A DNA stretch of 64,000 nucleotides from NCBI GenBank assembly GCA_963611815.1, contig CAVDSY010000003.1, positions 9,178 to 73,177 of the forward strand, written 5' to 3'. The stretch comes from a bacterium (GTDB lineage: Bacteria > Bacillota_I > Bacilli_A > RFN20 > CAG-826). A program made the position numbers and the translations under genes. Position 1 is the first letter of the stretch, and the number at the start of each line of letters is the position of its first letter. The notes beneath the pieces were generated by a model. The model was not told where the DNA came from. It was given only the letters and a program-made list of their open reading frames with translations, and did no database searches. Of this stretch, positions 39,538 to 50,343 are shown one piece after another.

Positions 39538-41781
39538 ATGACTGACAACGAATCTTGGTCCGGCTTTGCCGGGCGCAAATGGAAGGAAGACTGCGATGTG
39601 CGCGACTTCATCCAAAATAACTACAAGCCCTATGATGGGGACGAGGCTTTTTTAGCTGGTCCGACGGAAGCGACTTCCAAACTTTGGGATGAGCTGCAAA
39701 AGCTTCAAAAGGAAGAAAGGGCCAAAGGGGGCGTCCTCGATATGGAGACCAAAGTCGTCTCTTCCCTCACTTCCTATGGTCCTGGCTACCTCGATAAGGA
39801 TTTGGAGAAAGTGGTGGGCCTTCAGACTGATAAGCCGTTGAAGAGGGCTTTCATGCCTTTCGGCGGAATCAAGATGGCCGAAAGCGCCTGCTCTACTTAT
39901 GGATATGCTGTCGATCCAGAGATCCATAAAGCTTTTTCTTTATATAAAAAGACCCACAACGACGGTGTCTTCGACGCCTATACGCCCGAGATGATGAAAT
40001 GCCGTCACAATAAAATCCTCACTGGCCTTCCCGATACCTATGGCCGCGGACGCATCGTTGGTGATTACCGCCGCGTCGCGCTCTATGGCATCGACCGCCT
40101 CATCGCTTGGAAAGAAGAAGACAAAGCCAATTGCGGCGACGGCACGATGACTGATGAGGTCATCCGCCTTCGCGAGGAGCTCTCCGAACAGATCAGAGCC
40201 CTCAAAGGCATGAAGGAAATGGCTCTTTCTTATGGCTTTGATATCTCTCAGCCAGCGAAGAACGCCAAAGAAGCCGTGCAGTGGCTCTATTTCGGCTATC
40301 TCGCCGCCATCAAGACCCAAAACGGAGCCGCGATGAGCGTTGGCCGTATCTCAACGTTCCTCGACATCTATATTCAAAGGGATATTAGCAACGGAATCCT
40401 TGACGAAAGCCAGGCCCAAGAGCTCATCGACCACCTCGTCATGAAGTTCCGCATGGTCAAATTCGCCCGCATTCCTTCCTATAATGCTTTGTTCTCCGGC
40501 GATCCTGTCTGGGCGACGCTGGAAGTGGCGGGCCTGGGGCAAGACGGCAGAAGCATGGTCACCAAAACCGATTACCGCTTCCTCCACACCCTTGAGAACA
40601 TGGGCCCCTCTCCTGAGCCCAATCTCACCGTGCTTTGGAGCTCGAGGCTTCCAGAGAACTTCAAGAAGTACGCCTCCAAAATCTCCATCGATACTTCCTC
40701 CATCCAATATGAGAACGATGACGTCATGCGCCCGATATGGACCGATGACTATTCTATCTGCTGCTGCGTGTCCGCCACCCAAACCGGCAAAGAGATGCAG
40801 TTCTTCGGCGCAAGGGCCAATCTCGCCAAATGCCTCCTTTACGCGATAAACGGAGGCAAAGACGAGAAAAGCGGCGACCAGGTCGGCCCTGAGTATTCGC
40901 CTATCACCTCCGAATATCTCGACTATGACGAGGTGGTCGCGAAATTCGACAAGATGATGGATTGGCTCGCCGGGATCTATGTGAATACCCTTAACCTCAT
41001 CCAATACATGCATGATAAGTACTATTACGAAGCCGCGGAGATGGCCCTCATCGACACCGATGTCAGAAGGACCTTCGCGACCGGCATCGCCGGCTTCTCC
41101 CACGTCGTTGATTCCCTTTCTGCGATCAAATACGCGAAGGTGAAGGTGCTGCGCGACGAGAATGGAATCGCTAAAGACTTTGAGATTTCCGGCTCCTTCC
41201 CTCGCTATGGGAATGATGACGACAGGGCGGATGAAATCGCCGTGACGCTCCTCAGAGCCTTCATGAACAAGCTCAAGAAGCGCCATACCTACCGCGATTC
41301 TGAGCCGACAACCTCGATCCTCACCATCACCTCGAACGTCGTCTACGGCAAAGCCACCGGGGCTCTTCCCGACGGGCGCAAAGCCGGCGAGCCGCTCTCT
41401 CCTGGGGCCAACCCCGCCTATGGGGCGGAGCAAAACGGCCTTCTCGCCTCGCTCAATTCCGTTGCCAAGCTCCCTTATGAGTATGCCCTTGACGGCATCT
41501 CGAACACCCAAACTATCTCCCCTGAGGCCCTTGGCCACAACGAGGAGGAGAAGAAGAACAACCTCGCCCAGGTGCTTGACGGCTACTTCGATCAAGGCGC
41601 CCATCACCTGAACGTCAACGTCTTTGGAACCGAGAAGCTAATCGATGCGATGAACCATCCTGAGAAACCGGAATACGCGAACTTCACCATCCGCGTCTCG
41701 GGCTATGCGGTCAAATTCATCGACCTCACCAAAGAGCAGCAGATGGACGTCATCTCGCGCACCTGCCACCACGCTCTATAA
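39538..41781 (+). CDS. pflB: formate C-acetyltransferase (pyruvate formate-lyase)
   Basis: 747 aa; catalytic CCVS; C-terminal glycyl radical motif RVSGYAVKF. Confidence 0.9.
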   Translation: MTDNESWSGFAGRKWKEDCDVRDFIQNNYKPYDGDEAFLAGPTEATSKLWDELQKLQKEERAKGGVLDMETKVVSSLTSYGPGYLDKDLEKVVGLQTDKPLKRAFMPFGGIKMAESACSTYGYAVDPEIHKAFSLYKKTHNDGVFDAYTPEMMKCRHNKILTGLPDTYGRGRIVGDYRRVALYGIDRLIAWKEEDKANCGDGTMTDEVIRLREELSEQIRALKGMKEMALSYGFDISQPAKNAKEAVQWLYFGYLAAIKTQNGAAMSVGRISTFLDIYIQRDISNGILDESQAQELIDHLVMKFRMVKFARIPSYNALFSGDPVWATLEVAGLGQDGRSMVTKTDYRFLHTLENMGPSPEPNLTVLWSSRLPENFKKYASKISIDTSSIQYENDDVMRPIWTDDYSICCCVSATQTGKEMQFFGARANLAKCLLYAINGGKDEKSGDQVGPEYSPITSEYLDYDEVVAKFDKMMDWLAGIYVNTLNLIQYMHDKYYYEAAEMALIDTDVRRTFATGIAGFSHVVDSLSAIKYAKVKVLRDENGIAKDFEISGSFPRYGNDDDRADEIAVTLLRAFMNKLKKRHTYRDSEPTTSILTITSNVVYGKATGALPDGRKAGEPLSPGANPAYGAEQNGLLASLNSVAKLPYEYALDGISNTQTISPEALGHNEEEKKNNLAQVLDGYFDQGAHHLNVNVFGTEKLIDAMNHPEKPEYANFTIRVSGYAVKFIDLTKEQQMDVISRTCHHAL

Positions 41782-41791
41782 TTGGAAAGCA

Positions 41792-42547
41792 ATGGGGACG
41801 CTAGGCTACTATCAATCCATAGAATCCTTCGCCCTGGTGGACGGACCTGGGGTCAGGTCCGTCCTTTTCCTTCAGGGCTGCCCTTATCGTTGCTTGTTTT
41901 GCCATAACCCAGATACCTGGCCTTTTCTGAAAACTAACCCAATCAGCGCCGAAGAGGCTTTCAAAAAGCTTTATCGCTTCAAGCCTTATTGGAAGGACAA
42001 CGGAGGGATAACCATCTCCGGAGGCGAGCCTCTTTCCCAAATAGACTTTCTGATTGAATTAGGGGAGATCTGCAAAAAAAACGGGGTTTCATTCATTGTT
42101 GACACAGCCGGCGGGCCTTTTAATAAAAACCCGCAATTCTTGGCTAAGTTCGACCGTTTGCTTGAGCTTTGCGACCTTTTTCTTCTTGATATGAAGGTGA
42201 TTGATCCTGAACGGCATCAAAAACTTGTGGGGGCCGGCAATCAGAATGTTTTGGAACTCTACGAATACCTTGCTTTGAAGAATTTCCCCATATGGGTGAG
42301 GCGCGTTTTGGTGCCGGGGTGGAACGATAAGGAAGAATGGCTCGCTAAAGAAGGCGAATTCCTTTTGGGCTTAGGAAACGTCCAAAGAATCGAAGTCCTT
42401 CCCTATCATACTTTAGGGACTTTCAAGTATAAGAAGCTTGGGATCCCCTATCCTTTGGAAGGCGTCAATCCTCCTGACCAAGAGCAAATTAAGCGCGCGA
42501 AAGAGCTTTTGAGGGTAGCTGATTGCCCTTATGAGAAGGCACATTAA
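41792..42547 (+). CDS. pflA: pyruvate formate-lyase activating enzyme (radical SAM)
   Basis: GCPYRCLFCHNPDTW radical-SAM cluster motif directly downstream of pflB. Confidence 0.85.
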   Translation: MGTLGYYQSIESFALVDGPGVRSVLFLQGCPYRCLFCHNPDTWPFLKTNPISAEEAFKKLYRFKPYWKDNGGITISGGEPLSQIDFLIELGEICKKNGVSFIVDTAGGPFNKNPQFLAKFDRLLELCDLFLLDMKVIDPERHQKLVGAGNQNVLELYEYLALKNFPIWVRRVLVPGWNDKEEWLAKEGEFLLGLGNVQRIEVLPYHTLGTFKYKKLGIPYPLEGVNPPDQEQIKRAKELLRVADCPYEKAH

Positions 42548-42651
42548 ACGGCCTAAAACTTTCAAGAATCGTTTGCTTTGATGGATATTGAAGCCGCTAT
42601 AAATAAACGGACGCCCGAAGACCGCGAATGATTTGATTTTAGTTGGAATAT

Positions 42652-42975
42652 TCAGTCGGTCCAGATTTCTTTTGCCATTTTGAAAGCGGCCCAGGCTTTT
42701 GGCCATCCGCAGTAGAAGGCTGCATGGGTTAGGATTTCCGCGATTTCCTCTTTTGTGATCCCGTTTTTCTTGGCGGTCATCAAATGGTAACGGAATGAAT
42801 CGTCGGTCAATCCCTGAGCCAATAAAGCCACCACGGTCACCAAAGAGCGGTCGCGGAGGGAGAGCTTGTCCTCCCTGCTCCAGACTTCTCCGAATAAGAC
42901 GTCGTCGTTGAGCTCGGCGAATTTCGGGGCGAATTCCCCCAAGGCTTCGCGGCCTGCTGTTTGCTTTGTTGCCAT
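42652..42975 (-). CDS. carboxymuconolactone decarboxylase family protein (AhpD-like)
   Basis: 107 aa CMD fold motifs. Confidence 0.6.
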   Translation of the reverse strand: MATKQTAGREALGEFAPKFAELNDDVLFGEVWSREDKLSLRDRSLVTVVALLAQGLTDDSFRYHLMTAKKNGITKEEIAEILTHAAFYCGWPKAWAAFKMAKEIWTD

Positions 42976-42986
42976 GTTCGGCCTCC

Positions 42987-43421
42987 TTATTTCAGTTTCG
43001 CGTATTCCTCATCCGTGACCGGCTCGCACCATTCGTTGGAGGTTCCTTCTCCGGGAAGCTCGAAAGCGATGTGGGAGAAGTAGCTGTCTTTCTTAGCCCC
43101 GTGCCAATGCTTGACCTCGGCTGGAATCACGATGACGCTGCCTTCCTTGAGACTGATCGCTTCTTTGCCTTCTTCTTGGTACCAGCCCTCTCCTGCCGTG
43201 CATAGAAGCAGCTGTCCGCCTCCTTTTTTGGCGTGGTGGATGTGCCAGTTGTTGCGGCAGCTAGGCTCGAAAGTGACGTTGGCCAAGAAAAGGCCACAGC
43301 TAGGACTTGTCAGCGCGTTGAGGTAGGAGTTTCCTATGAAATATCGGGAGTAGGCCGTATTTGGCTCTCCTTCCCCAAACATATTGGCATTCGCGAATTC
43401 TTCTTTATCAAGGTACTTCAT
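42987..43421 (-). CDS. cupin domain protein
   Basis: 144 aa, HIHH.....G metal-binding cupin motif. Confidence 0.55.
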   Translation of the reverse strand: MKYLDKEEFANANMFGEGEPNTAYSRYFIGNSYLNALTSPSCGLFLANVTFEPSCRNNWHIHHAKKGGGQLLLCTAGEGWYQEEGKEAISLKEGSVIVIPAEVKHWHGAKKDSYFSHIAFELPGEGTSNEWCEPVTDEEYAKLK

Positions 43422-43644
43422 AATCGCCCCCTATATATTAGGAATAATCTAGAAGCTAAAGTTGGGTTTAAGTCAATATTGGGCCTTATTTTTAGAAAGC
43501 GCTTCCAAAATTTAATTCCCCTCTTCCGCGATTCTTCTCTCGCCCTTAGACTAAAGACCCGGAGCTAGAACGAATGAGACAGTCCCGGAAGAGAAAAGCT
43601 AACCCCATCATGGGGTCATTGTTCTCTCATCGGTGTTTGTTTTA

Positions 43645-43668
43645 AGGCCTTTAGGGCCTATTTTTTTT
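43645..43668 (+). terminator. intrinsic terminator within the 5' leader of the uracil permease gene (attenuator)
   Basis: aggcc-tttag-ggcct then T8, 32 nt before ATG 43700. Confidence 0.5.
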
Positions 43669-43699
43669 GCCTAGTTACCAGGAAAGGAAGGTTCCCAAT

Positions 43700-45211
43700 A
43701 TGTTTGGAAACAAAAAAGGCGCCGAAGAAGCGCTGACACCCCACTCAAACGGAATGCTGCTTGAGGTAGACGAAGCCCCCAAGAAGCCAGGAAAATGGAT
43801 CATCCTGGCCATCCAGCACGTTTTGGCCATGTTCGTGGCCTGCATCACGGTCCCTTTAATCGTCTTCTCTGGTACGGAGGTCGAACTTGGCGGGGAGTTG
43901 GTGAATCTCGCCTCCATCATGATTGCCCCGACCCTCTTCAGCGCCGGCATCGGCACCATCTTCTATCTCTTCGCGACGAAGTTCAAATCACCGATGTTCC
44001 TCGCCTCGAGCTTCGCTTACATGTCCGCGATGAGCGCGGCCATCAAAATCGACTGCGAATCCACTGGCCAAGTCAACCTTTGGGTCCTTCCCATCGGCAT
44101 GGCGATGGTTGGTTTGGTCTATTGCCTTGTCGCCCTTCTTATTAAACTCTTCGGCGTAAAATGGCTGAACAAACTTCTTCCGACCATCGTCGTTGGACCG
44201 GTCATTATTGTCATCGGCTTGGGACTTGCTTCCAGCGCGATCAGCAACCTCACTACCGGCGCCGTCGCTGGCGGGTACAACTGGTGCGCGATCCTTTCCG
44301 GCCTTGTCGCTATGATCGTCACCGCGGTTTGCGCGCACTATGGCAAAGGCACAATCTCCCTTGTCCCGTTCATCCTCGGAATGGCTAGTGGCTATGTCTT
44401 CGCGATGATCATCACCCTTATTGGCTATTACGGCTGCGGGAACGATTACTGCCACGTTATCGATTTCAGTTCGATCGTAAATCTCTTCGCCAAACAAAAC
44501 TCCGACGGCAGCTGGGTGGCAAATATCCGCTTCCAGTCCTTCCTCGACTATCCTAAATTCCTCTTCCTTGCCGCCCAAAGCAGCAATGTCGTGCCTCTTT
44601 CTGGCTCGGCTGTCGGCCAAGCGGCGCTCATCTTCATCCCCGTCTCACTCGTCACCATCTGCGAGCACATCGGCGACCACAAGAACATGTCTGGACTTCT
44701 CCAGCGCGACCTTCTTGAAGATCCTGGCCTCTCCAGAACCCTCATCGGCGACGGCGTTGCCACGGCTATCTCCGGCATCTTCTGCGGCGCTGCCAACACC
44801 ACCTATGGCGAGAACGTCGCGGTCGTTGGCGTTACCAAAATCGCTTCTACCAAAGTCATTTTCTTGGCTTGCCTCTTCTCCATCCTCCTCGGATTCTTCG
44901 CTCCTTTGATGGCTGTGGTTCAGACCATTCCTGCCTGCGTCACTGGCGGAGTCAGCCTCATCCTTTACGGTTTCATCGCCTCCTCCGGCGTCAAGATGCT
45001 CATCAACGAGAGGGTCGACATGAGCAAGACGAAGAACATCTTCGTCGCCTCGGTTATCCTTGTTGCCGGCATCGGCGGCCTCGCCTTCAACTTCATCTTC
45101 CCGGACGTGACCCTTCAGATCACCTCCGTCTCGGTCGCGATGATCCTCGGCATCATCATGAACGTCATCCTTCGCGACAAAAAGGAAGACGCGTCTACGA
45201 AAGCTGAGTAA
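43700..45211 (+). CDS. NCS2 family nucleobase permease (uracil/xanthine permease type)
   Basis: ~500 aa, 12-14 TM, good RBS ggaaaggaagg; SLC23/UraA-like blocks. Confidence 0.7.
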   Translation: MFGNKKGAEEALTPHSNGMLLEVDEAPKKPGKWIILAIQHVLAMFVACITVPLIVFSGTEVELGGELVNLASIMIAPTLFSAGIGTIFYLFATKFKSPMFLASSFAYMSAMSAAIKIDCESTGQVNLWVLPIGMAMVGLVYCLVALLIKLFGVKWLNKLLPTIVVGPVIIVIGLGLASSAISNLTTGAVAGGYNWCAILSGLVAMIVTAVCAHYGKGTISLVPFILGMASGYVFAMIITLIGYYGCGNDYCHVIDFSSIVNLFAKQNSDGSWVANIRFQSFLDYPKFLFLAAQSSNVVPLSGSAVGQAALIFIPVSLVTICEHIGDHKNMSGLLQRDLLEDPGLSRTLIGDGVATAISGIFCGAANTTYGENVAVVGVTKIASTKVIFLACLFSILLGFFAPLMAVVQTIPACVTGGVSLILYGFIASSGVKMLINERVDMSKTKNIFVASVILVAGIGGLAFNFIFPDVTLQITSVSVAMILGIIMNVILRDKKEDASTKAE

Positions 45212-45235
45212 ATTTCCTGAGTAACATCTAAAAAT

Positions 45236-45272
45236 GACCGCTCCAAGGCATGGCCAAAGGGCGGTCTTTTTT
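45236..45272 (+). terminator. rho-independent terminator after permease gene
   Basis: gaccgc..gcggtc then T6. Confidence 0.5.
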
Positions 45273-45330
45273 GTGGCCGAGCACATAAAAAGCGCCTTGG
45301 CTTTCGTCAAGACGCTGAATTGGTCGATGC

Positions 45331-46248
45331 TTATTTCGAGAGATCGGCGAGGCGATTCACGAAGCCGTTCACGCCTTTGATCTTGATCTTCGCTCCATCG
45401 GGGTCTTGCTTATCGACGATGGATGCGATCTGAGCGAGAAGATTGAGGGAGGACATGATGGAGAGAACGCCTTTGAGATTGGTCTTCTTCTCTTCGTCAT
45501 TCCATTCTTTCTTCTCTTCTTGGAGAAGTACGGATTTGATGGCCATGGTGGCATAGTAGGAATCCTTGTCCATGCCAAGGAAAGCCTCTTTTGCTTTATC
45601 CTCGTCGTTGCAATAAGGGAGGCCGTTCTTGCCGGCCAAAAGAAGGGCGAGCAAGGGCGCGGCTTTGCTATCGTCCCCGAGGACGGCTTTGGCCGTGCAT
45701 AGAGCGCATTTCTCGTCTCTAGTCTCGCTAAGAGAGAGATAGTAAGCGTTAAGCGCATCGATCACGAGATCGTTGGCTTTGATGGAAGAGAAAAGAGACT
45801 CAGAGATGAAGCGGAAGTCCGCGTCGAGTTCTTTGCTCAAAGTGGATAGGGCTTCTTTGCTGCCGTAGATAGCCTCGCTCAAAGAAGAGAGGGTTTCCTC
45901 TTTGCTGTCGTATTCGTTGGTGTCTGAAAGAAGATAGAGCAGACCGAAAGCGGCTTTCTTGGCCTGGCTGTCCAAAGCCTTTTTTGTTTCGGAAGCGAAC
46001 GCCTCGCCTTCAAATAGGCCATCTTTTTTTATTTTGGCGATTTCTTCCTGGTCTTTGGCTAGGGCTTTTTCGAAGGACTCGGTGCGGTTTTTCTTAACGG
46101 AGTTAGAGACCGATTTCCCGAACTTCTTGAAGATGTTATCCTTTTCGTCTTTGGCGACTTCTTTGTTGTCCTCGATGCCTTTGTTGATGAGGGCGACGTC
46201 TTGGTTAAGGCGATAGAGCTTAGCGGATTGAATTAGATTGTTTTCCAT
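45331..46248 (-). CDS. hypothetical cytoplasmic alpha-helical protein
   Basis: 305 aa ORF, K/E-rich, no recognisable family. Confidence 0.45.
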   Translation of the reverse strand: MENNLIQSAKLYRLNQDVALINKGIEDNKEVAKDEKDNIFKKFGKSVSNSVKKNRTESFEKALAKDQEEIAKIKKDGLFEGEAFASETKKALDSQAKKAAFGLLYLLSDTNEYDSKEETLSSLSEAIYGSKEALSTLSKELDADFRFISESLFSSIKANDLVIDALNAYYLSLSETRDEKCALCTAKAVLGDDSKAAPLLALLLAGKNGLPYCNDEDKAKEAFLGMDKDSYYATMAIKSVLLQEEKKEWNDEEKKTNLKGVLSIMSSLNLLAQIASIVDKQDPDGAKIKIKGVNGFVNRLADLSK

Positions 46249-46510
46249 TGGTATTTCTCCTCGCGGCGTATTGTACGCTTCTGGAAAATAAGGGGAGTGG
46301 GAAATTAGTTATTGCGGCTTTGACATATGAGGCGGTTTCTTGCTTTTGAGAATAAAAAGGATTTAAAAATGAGAATGTAAGTGAGGATTGTCGAATTTGA
46401 TGCTTTAAACCGAGCAAAAACGGTACTTTAAATTTAATGCTTGTTTGCTTTCGTCTCGCCAATGAAAAAGAACCAAAGAAAGGCTCCTTTGCATGGATTT
46501 TGGAGACTGC

Positions 46511-47038
46511 TTAGATTTTGAAAATCCTGCCTTCTGAAGTCTTTAAATGGGGTTTTGCGTCGTTTTCGGCTTCATAGCCAACGATAATGTTAGCTATCCC
46601 CTCAACATCGTCTTTTATGCCCGCTCTTTTAAGGATGTTTTTGCCTTCTAGCGTGCTGAAGCTTTCTTTCGCGCGGTGAATCCAACACGCCCCTAAGCCA
46701 AGGGCTTCCGCTTCAAGCAGCATATACGCCGCGGCGATTGCCCCATCGTAGACATAAGTTCTGGCCTGTTTCTTAGCGAGGACGACGATGACTGCTTTCG
46801 CCCCGTAAAAAGGATCGCCTTGCCTTCCCATGATCGAGGCATTGAGCCTAGAGAGCTCCTCAACGGTTTTTGGGTCGGTAATGGTTAAGAAGATGGTTTC
46901 TTGCTTATTCATCCCCGTTGGGGCGTTCACGCCAGCTTCGAGTATTTGGTCGATTTTTTCCTGCTCGACGCATCTATCGCTGTAATTCCGGCAGGAGTGG
47001 CGCTTCTTGACGAGGTTTAATAATTCATTGCTGTCCAT
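46511..47038 (-). CDS. nitroreductase family protein
   Basis: KKRHSCRNY N-terminal motif and NADH-oxidase fold blocks. Confidence 0.65.
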   Translation of the reverse strand: MDSNELLNLVKKRHSCRNYSDRCVEQEKIDQILEAGVNAPTGMNKQETIFLTITDPKTVEELSRLNASIMGRQGDPFYGAKAVIVVLAKKQARTYVYDGAIAAAYMLLEAEALGLGACWIHRAKESFSTLEGKNILKRAGIKDDVEGIANIIVGYEAENDAKPHLKTSEGRIFKI

Positions 47039-47131
47039 GATGGTCTCCTCTTGGGTATAGTCTATGCCCAATGGGCAATAAACCCAAAAGAAAAAGGCCT
47101 AGTTTCCTAGGCCGGAGGAGCCAAAAGACCC

Positions 47132-47653
47132 TTAATGTGAATCTGAAAGGTTCATCAAGGACTCGCAAGGAAGTCCGACTGCTTTCTCGCCGTGGAGCTC
47201 TTCGAGATTGATGACGGTAAGGCACGCGACTGGGGTGCCTCCCGCGAGGGTGATGAGCTCTTTTAAGGCCGAGAACGTGCCTCCTGTGGCCATCAGGTCA
47301 TCGATCATGAGGACCTTGTCACCTTTTTTAAAGGAGGCGGCGGGGATCTCCATTGTCGCGGTGCCATATTCAAGCTGATAGGAGACCTTCATGGTCACGC
47401 CAGGGAGCTTGCCGGCTTTTCTGGCCATCACGAAGCCGATGCCCATTTTGTAGGCAAGCGCGCAGCCGAATGTGAAGCCTCTCGATTCAGGCCCGATAAT
47501 GACGTCGGGATGATATTTCTCCGCCATCTTGGCGAGCCTGTCGACAGCTTCCTTGAAAGCCGCGGGATCACGCAGAAGCGGCGATACGTCTTTGAATGAG
47601 ATGCCTTTTTTGGGGAAGTCTGGGGTGACTCCGATGTATTTTTCTAAATCCAT
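47132..47653 (-). CDS. apt: adenine phosphoribosyltransferase
   Basis: MDLEKYIGVTPDFPKKGISFKD; PRPP motif LMIDDLMATGGT. Confidence 0.8.
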   Translation of the reverse strand: MDLEKYIGVTPDFPKKGISFKDVSPLLRDPAAFKEAVDRLAKMAEKYHPDVIIGPESRGFTFGCALAYKMGIGFVMARKAGKLPGVTMKVSYQLEYGTATMEIPAASFKKGDKVLMIDDLMATGGTFSALKELITLAGGTPVACLTVINLEELHGEKAVGLPCESLMNLSDSH

Positions 47654-47735
47654 GATGAGATGAAATCCTTTCCGAGAAATTATAAACGGGAGCGGCGAGA
47701 ATGCCGCTCCCGTTTGAAAGAAATTTGGATGGAAA

Positions 47736-49289
47736 TCACTTGGCGATGCCAGTCGCATACTTGACGATGTAAATCGCAAGGAAGGCAGCGGAGCAAGCGG
47801 CGACGGCGATGTCGTCTTTCTTGAAGCGCCCGGCGACGAGGGTCATGATCGTGTAAGTGATGAAGCCCCAAGCAATGCCATCAGAGATGGAGTAGGCGAC
47901 GCACATGACGATGACAGTGATGAAACCGGAGCCGACGGCAATCCAATCTTTCCACTCGAGATGCTCAAGGTTTTTGAACATGCAGATGCCGACGTAGACG
48001 AGAGCGAGCCCGGTGACTGCGCTGGTGGAGAAGGCACTCAAGGCAGGATAGACGAGGAGGCTGAGCCCAAAGAGAAGGCCGGTGACAACGGCGGCAAGGC
48101 CGGTGCGAGCGCCGGCGGCGACGCCAGTGGTGGACTCGACGAAGGAGGTGACGGTGGTGGTGCCGCAGATGGAGCCGAAGACGGTGCCGACGGCATCGAC
48201 GATCATCGCGGGTTTGTCGTTAACGGTGATGTTGCCATCGGCGTCAACCATGCCAGCGCCAGCTTCGACTCCGACCAAAGTGCCGGTGGTGTCGAAGAAG
48301 TCAACGAAGAGAAGGGAGAAAGTGAATGCGTAAGCCATCGGCTGAGCAAAGACATCGAAGCCCATGAAGCAAGATCCGAAGATTTTGCCGATGTTTCCAA
48401 CGGAAGTGATGCTGTAGCTGCTGTCGTAGAAAGGGGCGAATCCGGAAACGCCAGCAGAACCCATGGAGCCGCAGACGATGGCCATGACGACGATGGCGAT
48501 GATGACGGAGAATTTGTTGATCCAGAAGCAGACTTTGCTCTTTTGGGGCAAGGCGGAAAGGGCGATGACGATGATCACTCCGAGAAGGCCCATGAGGACG
48601 GTCGGCTCTTTGAAACTGCCAAGGGCGACGAGGGTCGGGCCATCGGCGATGATGCCCATGTTCTGGAAGCCGATGAAGCAGATGAAGAATCCGATACCTG
48701 CGGAGATGGCAAATTTAAGCGACTTCGGGATGTGGCGGACAATCCAGCCACGGAGAGGGGTGATCGAGATGATTAAGAAGAGGATGCCATCGACCATGAC
48801 GAGGCACATCGACTGAGCGAAGTTATAGCCAAGGCCGAGCATGACATTGTAGGCAATCAATGAGTTGAGGCCAAGACCAGAAGCAAGCCCGACGGGGAGT
48901 TTGCCGTAGAATCCCATGAAGATTGTGGTAACGGCGGCCGAGATGGCGGTGGCGGCGAAGACGGCGGCGCGGACATCGCTGACGGTGGCCCAAGTGTCAC
49001 CATAAATAAGGATGTAGGTGATGTCGCCAATGATTTTGGTGTTCGAATTGCCAATTGCGGCGGCGGTTCCGGCCCATTCGGTGGAGAGCATGTTCGCGTT
49101 AAGCGGCAAGATGTAGAACATCGCAAGGAAGATGACGAGTCCGCCAATGAGTTCCTTTATGATGCTGCTCCCGCGGTTGCTGATCTGGAAATAGTTGTCA
49201 AGCCAACTTCCGAATTTGGTTTTCGGTGACCAGCCTTTGGGGTTGTTGCTCTCGGGTGAAGTTTCAACAGTTGAAACAGCTTCAGCCAT
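47736..49289 (-). CDS. NCS2 family purine permease (AzgA/PbuG-like guanine/hypoxanthine permease)
   Basis: 517 aa polytopic protein with AzgA-type blocks; preceded by a guanine riboswitch-like leader. Confidence 0.75.
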   Translation of the reverse strand: MAEAVSTVETSPESNNPKGWSPKTKFGSWLDNYFQISNRGSSIIKELIGGLVIFLAMFYILPLNANMLSTEWAGTAAAIGNSNTKIIGDITYILIYGDTWATVSDVRAAVFAATAISAAVTTIFMGFYGKLPVGLASGLGLNSLIAYNVMLGLGYNFAQSMCLVMVDGILFLIISITPLRGWIVRHIPKSLKFAISAGIGFFICFIGFQNMGIIADGPTLVALGSFKEPTVLMGLLGVIIVIALSALPQKSKVCFWINKFSVIIAIVVMAIVCGSMGSAGVSGFAPFYDSSYSITSVGNIGKIFGSCFMGFDVFAQPMAYAFTFSLLFVDFFDTTGTLVGVEAGAGMVDADGNITVNDKPAMIVDAVGTVFGSICGTTTVTSFVESTTGVAAGARTGLAAVVTGLLFGLSLLVYPALSAFSTSAVTGLALVYVGICMFKNLEHLEWKDWIAVGSGFITVIVMCVAYSISDGIAWGFITYTIMTLVAGRFKKDDIAVAACSAAFLAIYIVKYATGIAK

Positions 49290-49424
49290 AGTCTTTTCCT
49301 CCTATTCAATATAAGTAAGACTTGTCTTTAGGAGGTAATGACGTCGGGAGCTTTGGTGCAAACAAGGAAGAAAAACGCAAAAGGAGAGCAGTTCTTTCGG
49401 CGATGTTTTCTTCTTTGTTTCCTT

Positions 49425-49502
49425 TCTTAGCTCGTAGTGCCTGACTTCATGGATCAAGCGTAGAGACTGCCGGACCATATCCCCGACATATACGACCTAT
49501 CG
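49425..49502 (-). promoter_or_regulatory. purine riboswitch (guanine type, C at the specificity position) in the 5' UTR of the purine permease gene; expression platform sequesters the SD
   Basis: Minus-strand RNA has P1 (AGGUCGUA), J1/2 (UAU), P2 (GUCGGG / UCCGGC) with L2 (GAUAUGG), J2/3 (AGUCUCUAC), P3 (GCUUGA / UCAGGC) with L3 (UCCAUGAAG), J3/1 (AC), and P1 3' strand (UACGAGCU). Anti-SD CCUCCU (49330-35) can pair with SD AGGAGG (49300-05). Confidence 0.55.
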
Positions 49503-49635
49503 ACGTTAAGTAACTATATATAAAGAAAACGGTTTGCAAACATGAAAGCGGTTTAACGCTAAATTATCTTCCTAGCCCCTTTTTTGCCTTTCTCCCTATG
49601 TTACAATAATCGGCTAGAAAGAAGGTACCCAATCC

Positions 49636-50283
49636 ATGGATATATCCGCCTACAAGAACGTCGTTTTGCTTGAGCACCCCTTGCTTAAACACAAAATTTC
49701 CATTCTCCGCAACAAAAACACGCCGACCAGCGAATTCCGCCCCGTCGTCAAGGAAATCGCGATGATGGAAGCCTATGAAGCGCTCAAGGATCTCCCCACC
49801 GTCCCAACTGAAATCGAGACGCCTATCGAGAAGACTGTTCAGCCGATGGTCGCGGGACACAATCTCTGCTTCGTCCCGATCCTCCGCGCTGGCATGGGAA
49901 TGGTCGACGGCTTCACCGAGCTTATCCCGACCGCGCATGTCGGCCATATCGGGCTTTACCGCGACGAAGTCACCCATGAGCCTCATGAGTATTATTGCAA
50001 ATTGCCTAAGGGCCTTGAGGATATGGAAATCTACCTTCTCGACCCGATGCTCGCCACAGGCGGCAGCGGCATCGACGCCATCAAGATGCTTCGCAAGCAC
50101 GGTGCCAAGCATCTCCACTTCGTCTGCATCATCGCTGCTCCAGAAGGCGTCAAAGCCTTCTGCGAAGCCAACCCAGATGTTCCTCTCTACGTCGGCTCAC
50201 TTGACCGCGAACTTAATGAGAACGCCTATATCTGCCCAGGCCTTGGCGATGCCGGCGACCGCATCTTCGGGACTCAGAACTAA
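49636..50283 (+). CDS. upp: uracil phosphoribosyltransferase
   Basis: LEHPLLKHKISILR; YLLDPMLATGGS. Confidence 0.8.
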   Translation: MDISAYKNVVLLEHPLLKHKISILRNKNTPTSEFRPVVKEIAMMEAYEALKDLPTVPTEIETPIEKTVQPMVAGHNLCFVPILRAGMGMVDGFTELIPTAHVGHIGLYRDEVTHEPHEYYCKLPKGLEDMEIYLLDPMLATGGSGIDAIKMLRKHGAKHLHFVCIIAAPEGVKAFCEANPDVPLYVGSLDRELNENAYICPGLGDAGDRIFGTQN

Positions 50284-50299
50284 GGGAAAACAAATATTT

Positions 50300-50326
50300 A
50301 AAAACCTCGCAAAAGCGAGGTTTTTT
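50300..50326. terminator. bidirectional terminator (aaaacctcgc-aaaa-gcgaggtttttt) between upp and hpt
   Basis: perfect palindrome with A/T runs. Confidence 0.7.
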
Positions 50327-50343
50327 CATATATTGCAGGGTTT

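Noticed and set aside
40351-41607. 418-aa antisense ORF inside pflB and similar long antisense ORFs (16487-17122 in the PseB-like gene, 47961-48776 in the permease gene, 44645-45310, 34756-35310)
   Set aside because: They are Arg/Gly-rich translations of the opposite strand of well-supported genes. The window's 50 percent GC allows long spurious ORFs, and none has motif or RBS support.
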